Shown here: positions 62,109 to 64,000 of the stretch, piece by piece
Position numbering within the stretch: the stretch's first letter is position 1
Layout: the number at the start of each line of letters is the position of its first letter
Source of the DNA: Haliotis cracherodii
Taxonomy: Eukaryota
Length of the DNA stretch: 64,000 bases
Direction of reading: 5' to 3'
NCBI RefSeq assembly: GCF_022045235.1
Contig: NW_027266277.1
Coordinates: 9,610,001-9,674,000 of the forward strand
The notes under the pieces: generated by a model
The model's input: only the letters and a program-made list of their open reading frames with translations
The model's database searches: none
What the model was told of the DNA's origin: nothing
Program-made: the position numbers and the translations under genes

Positions 62109-64000
62109 TTAGTAAAATCTAAATATTTTTTACATTTGTATACTTATCCTGCATTACTCCTTAATGCATTCACTGCCTACCTTACGACAACAAAAAAGAA
62201 GTGCACAGCATTGGTCTTCGGTGAAGAAATAAAGTTGTTTCAAAGTCCCACTCCTGCTTTTTGTACAGACCATCGCAGCTGTCATGTGACCTTGATGACA
62301 AGTCACCTTCCTCACAACACTGCCTGTCGCCCAAGCTTAAAAAACATACTTTTGAGGTTTCTGAAGCCAAAGTGGGGAGGCAAGTCTGCGGAGGGTGGGT
62401 CCTTAAACGTAGCAATGCAGGATAAGTATACAAATGTGAGAAATATTTAGATTTTACTAAATGTTTTACTTATCCTGCATTACTCCTTAAAGAATCTGTA
62501 TCGAATGGTTGGGAGGCAGGTAAACCTTCAGAATACAGAAACCTCAATAATTCACACGCTGAAAAAAACGACACGTTTGTCAATAATCTGGTCGGTGGAA
62601 ATAGCTCAGGAAAAACGCCATTACGTAAGGGTCTTTCAATCTTCTTACAGAAGGAACGTAGGAATTAAAGAGAAGTTCCCCTTTGCATATTTAGTAATAA
62701 AGAAAATGTTGGCTAGGCCTCTAATTCTTTATTAACTATGTCATAGAGCCAAGGCCTGACAAAAGAGGTTGTCTAATTTTCTTCCACTGGCCAAATCTTA
62801 GCGACTTGCGTAGGGAAGTAGACTGGCTCTGTACAGGGCGAGTTCAGTATTTGCATCAGGGGTTGGTAACCTGCTTGGGCTACTACCAGAGGGCCCAAAC
62901 TGCGCATGCCTTCAATGTCCTCGAGGGTCTCATCGCGAAGGTAATGACTAGCGAAAAGTGTGTCGTACCTCCAAAAACATCCTTCCGTGACAGTTCGAAT
63001 AGTCGAGGCTAACGCCCTGATCTCGTGAGGATTATTCGCTCTTGGAGGATCTAGTTTAGCGATCTCGTAAGCCTGAAGGATGACTGCGTGTAACCATAGA
63101 GATATGGTGTTGCGAATAACTTCAGTCGTGGACATAGGATATACGGGTTTAAACAACTGCCTCCTCGAACCACGCCTAGTTTTGGAGAAGTTCACCCTCA
63201 TCTTCCGTTCCTACAATGGTCAATATTGGTGGGATGGTGAAGGAATGATCGGGTTGGCCTTGTAGTTAATTTGTGTTATAAAATCCCAGACCAACCCGGG
63301 ATGTACCGCTCCATGCATCCCATGTTCAAAACAAACACGGGTGATATTGATTGCAAGTAGCTCGCTCACCCGTGCCACCGTGGCTAATGCCAAGAGAAAT
63401 ATTGTTTTCTTGGTGAGGTCATAAAATGAGGATGCATAGAGGGGCTCGAAGGGGGCCCTCGCAAACCTCGAAGTACCATGTTCAAGTCCTAAGCAGGGGG
63501 TGGAACTTGGCCTTCTGATCCTCAAGCCTGACCTTAGTCATCTTGTGATTTTCTGGAATGGCCAATACTGAGTTAAGTGCAACCAAATACGTAGTAATGG
63601 TGCTACCTTTCAAGTGTTTTTGGGTACGCAATTGTAGGAAGTATTCGGCTAGGAGTTGTGGTGGTGCAGTCATGGAGTCTTGGTGTTTTCGCCTCGCAAA
63701 AAGTTTCAAATGATCCCCACTTGTCATTGTATAGTCCTCTGGCAGAGGGACGATAAGCTAAAGCTATAACTTTTGCTGCCCGTGCCGAATAGCCCTTCGC
63801 ACTTAACACCTTTTAAAGACGAACGAGGTGTGCAGACGAAATCTGTCTGGCATTGGGTGAGGCAATTTGCTGAGGGCAGATGAGTAGGTTGGACCACTGT
63901 CGGAGGGGTAGTGGATCGTCTTCTGCTAGATTTTTCTGAGCTCGACGAACCATCCTCTCGCCGGCCACCAGGGTGCGACCAAAGTCAGAGCAAGATACCT
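62109..64000 (-). mobile_element. DIRS-type tyrosine-recombinase retrotransposon, 3' part (decayed), in the last intron of PSMC2
   Basis: LVAPWWPARGWF (end of the DIRS methyltransferase-like region), YR motifs KTIFLLALATVARVSEL and HEIRALAST; terminal segment 62109-62156 is complementary to 62413-62460, followed by a second half-site at 62461-62490 (ICR). Confidence 0.9.
62773..63809 (-). pseudogene. DIRS tyrosine recombinase, multiply frameshifted
   Basis: Fragments in ORFs 63603-63809, 63482-63727, 63220-63525 and 62773-63201. Confidence 0.88.

Overview
Eukaryotic, intron-rich, repeat-dense animal DNA. The SINE repertoire suggests a gastropod mollusc, possibly abalone; this is inference only. 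Host genes assembled by hand from GT-AG splice sites and exon phases: (1) the 5' four coding exons of a TNF-receptor-superfamily gene on the minus strand (15198 to 2376, continuing beyond the left edge); (2) an intronless FAD-dependent oxidoreductase with a C-terminal hydrophobic anchor (+, 20977-22443); (3) a tandem pair of paralogous single-Ig-domain genes, one secreted (34984-37826) and one Ig+mucin stalk+TM receptor (39876-53786); (4) the last exon of PSMC2/Rpt1 (-, 58693-58850). Mobile DNA includes three decayed Tc1 transposons, the 3' part of a DIRS tyrosine-recombinase retrotransposon with its terminal repeat/ICR structure, several MITEs, about five SINE families and about 15 different minisatellites. 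The best leads are: (a) a complete candidate nested gene in TNFR intron 2 (signal-peptide exon, in-phase acceptor, a 2.7-kb uninterrupted P-T-[AV]-[YH] repeat exon, stop, AATAAA) that would encode a secreted Tyr/His/Pro/Thr-rich adhesive- or mucin-like protein; (b) a 2-kb TIR element carrying remnants of a PIF1 helicase and an RFX-like winged helix; (c) the soluble/membrane Ig pair with an extra Cys pair, an RGD and a juxtamembrane furin site; (d) the intronless flavoenzyme as a horizontal-transfer candidate. Most long ORFs in the supplied track are by-products of minisatellites. No CRISPR array or true tRNA/rRNA gene was seen.
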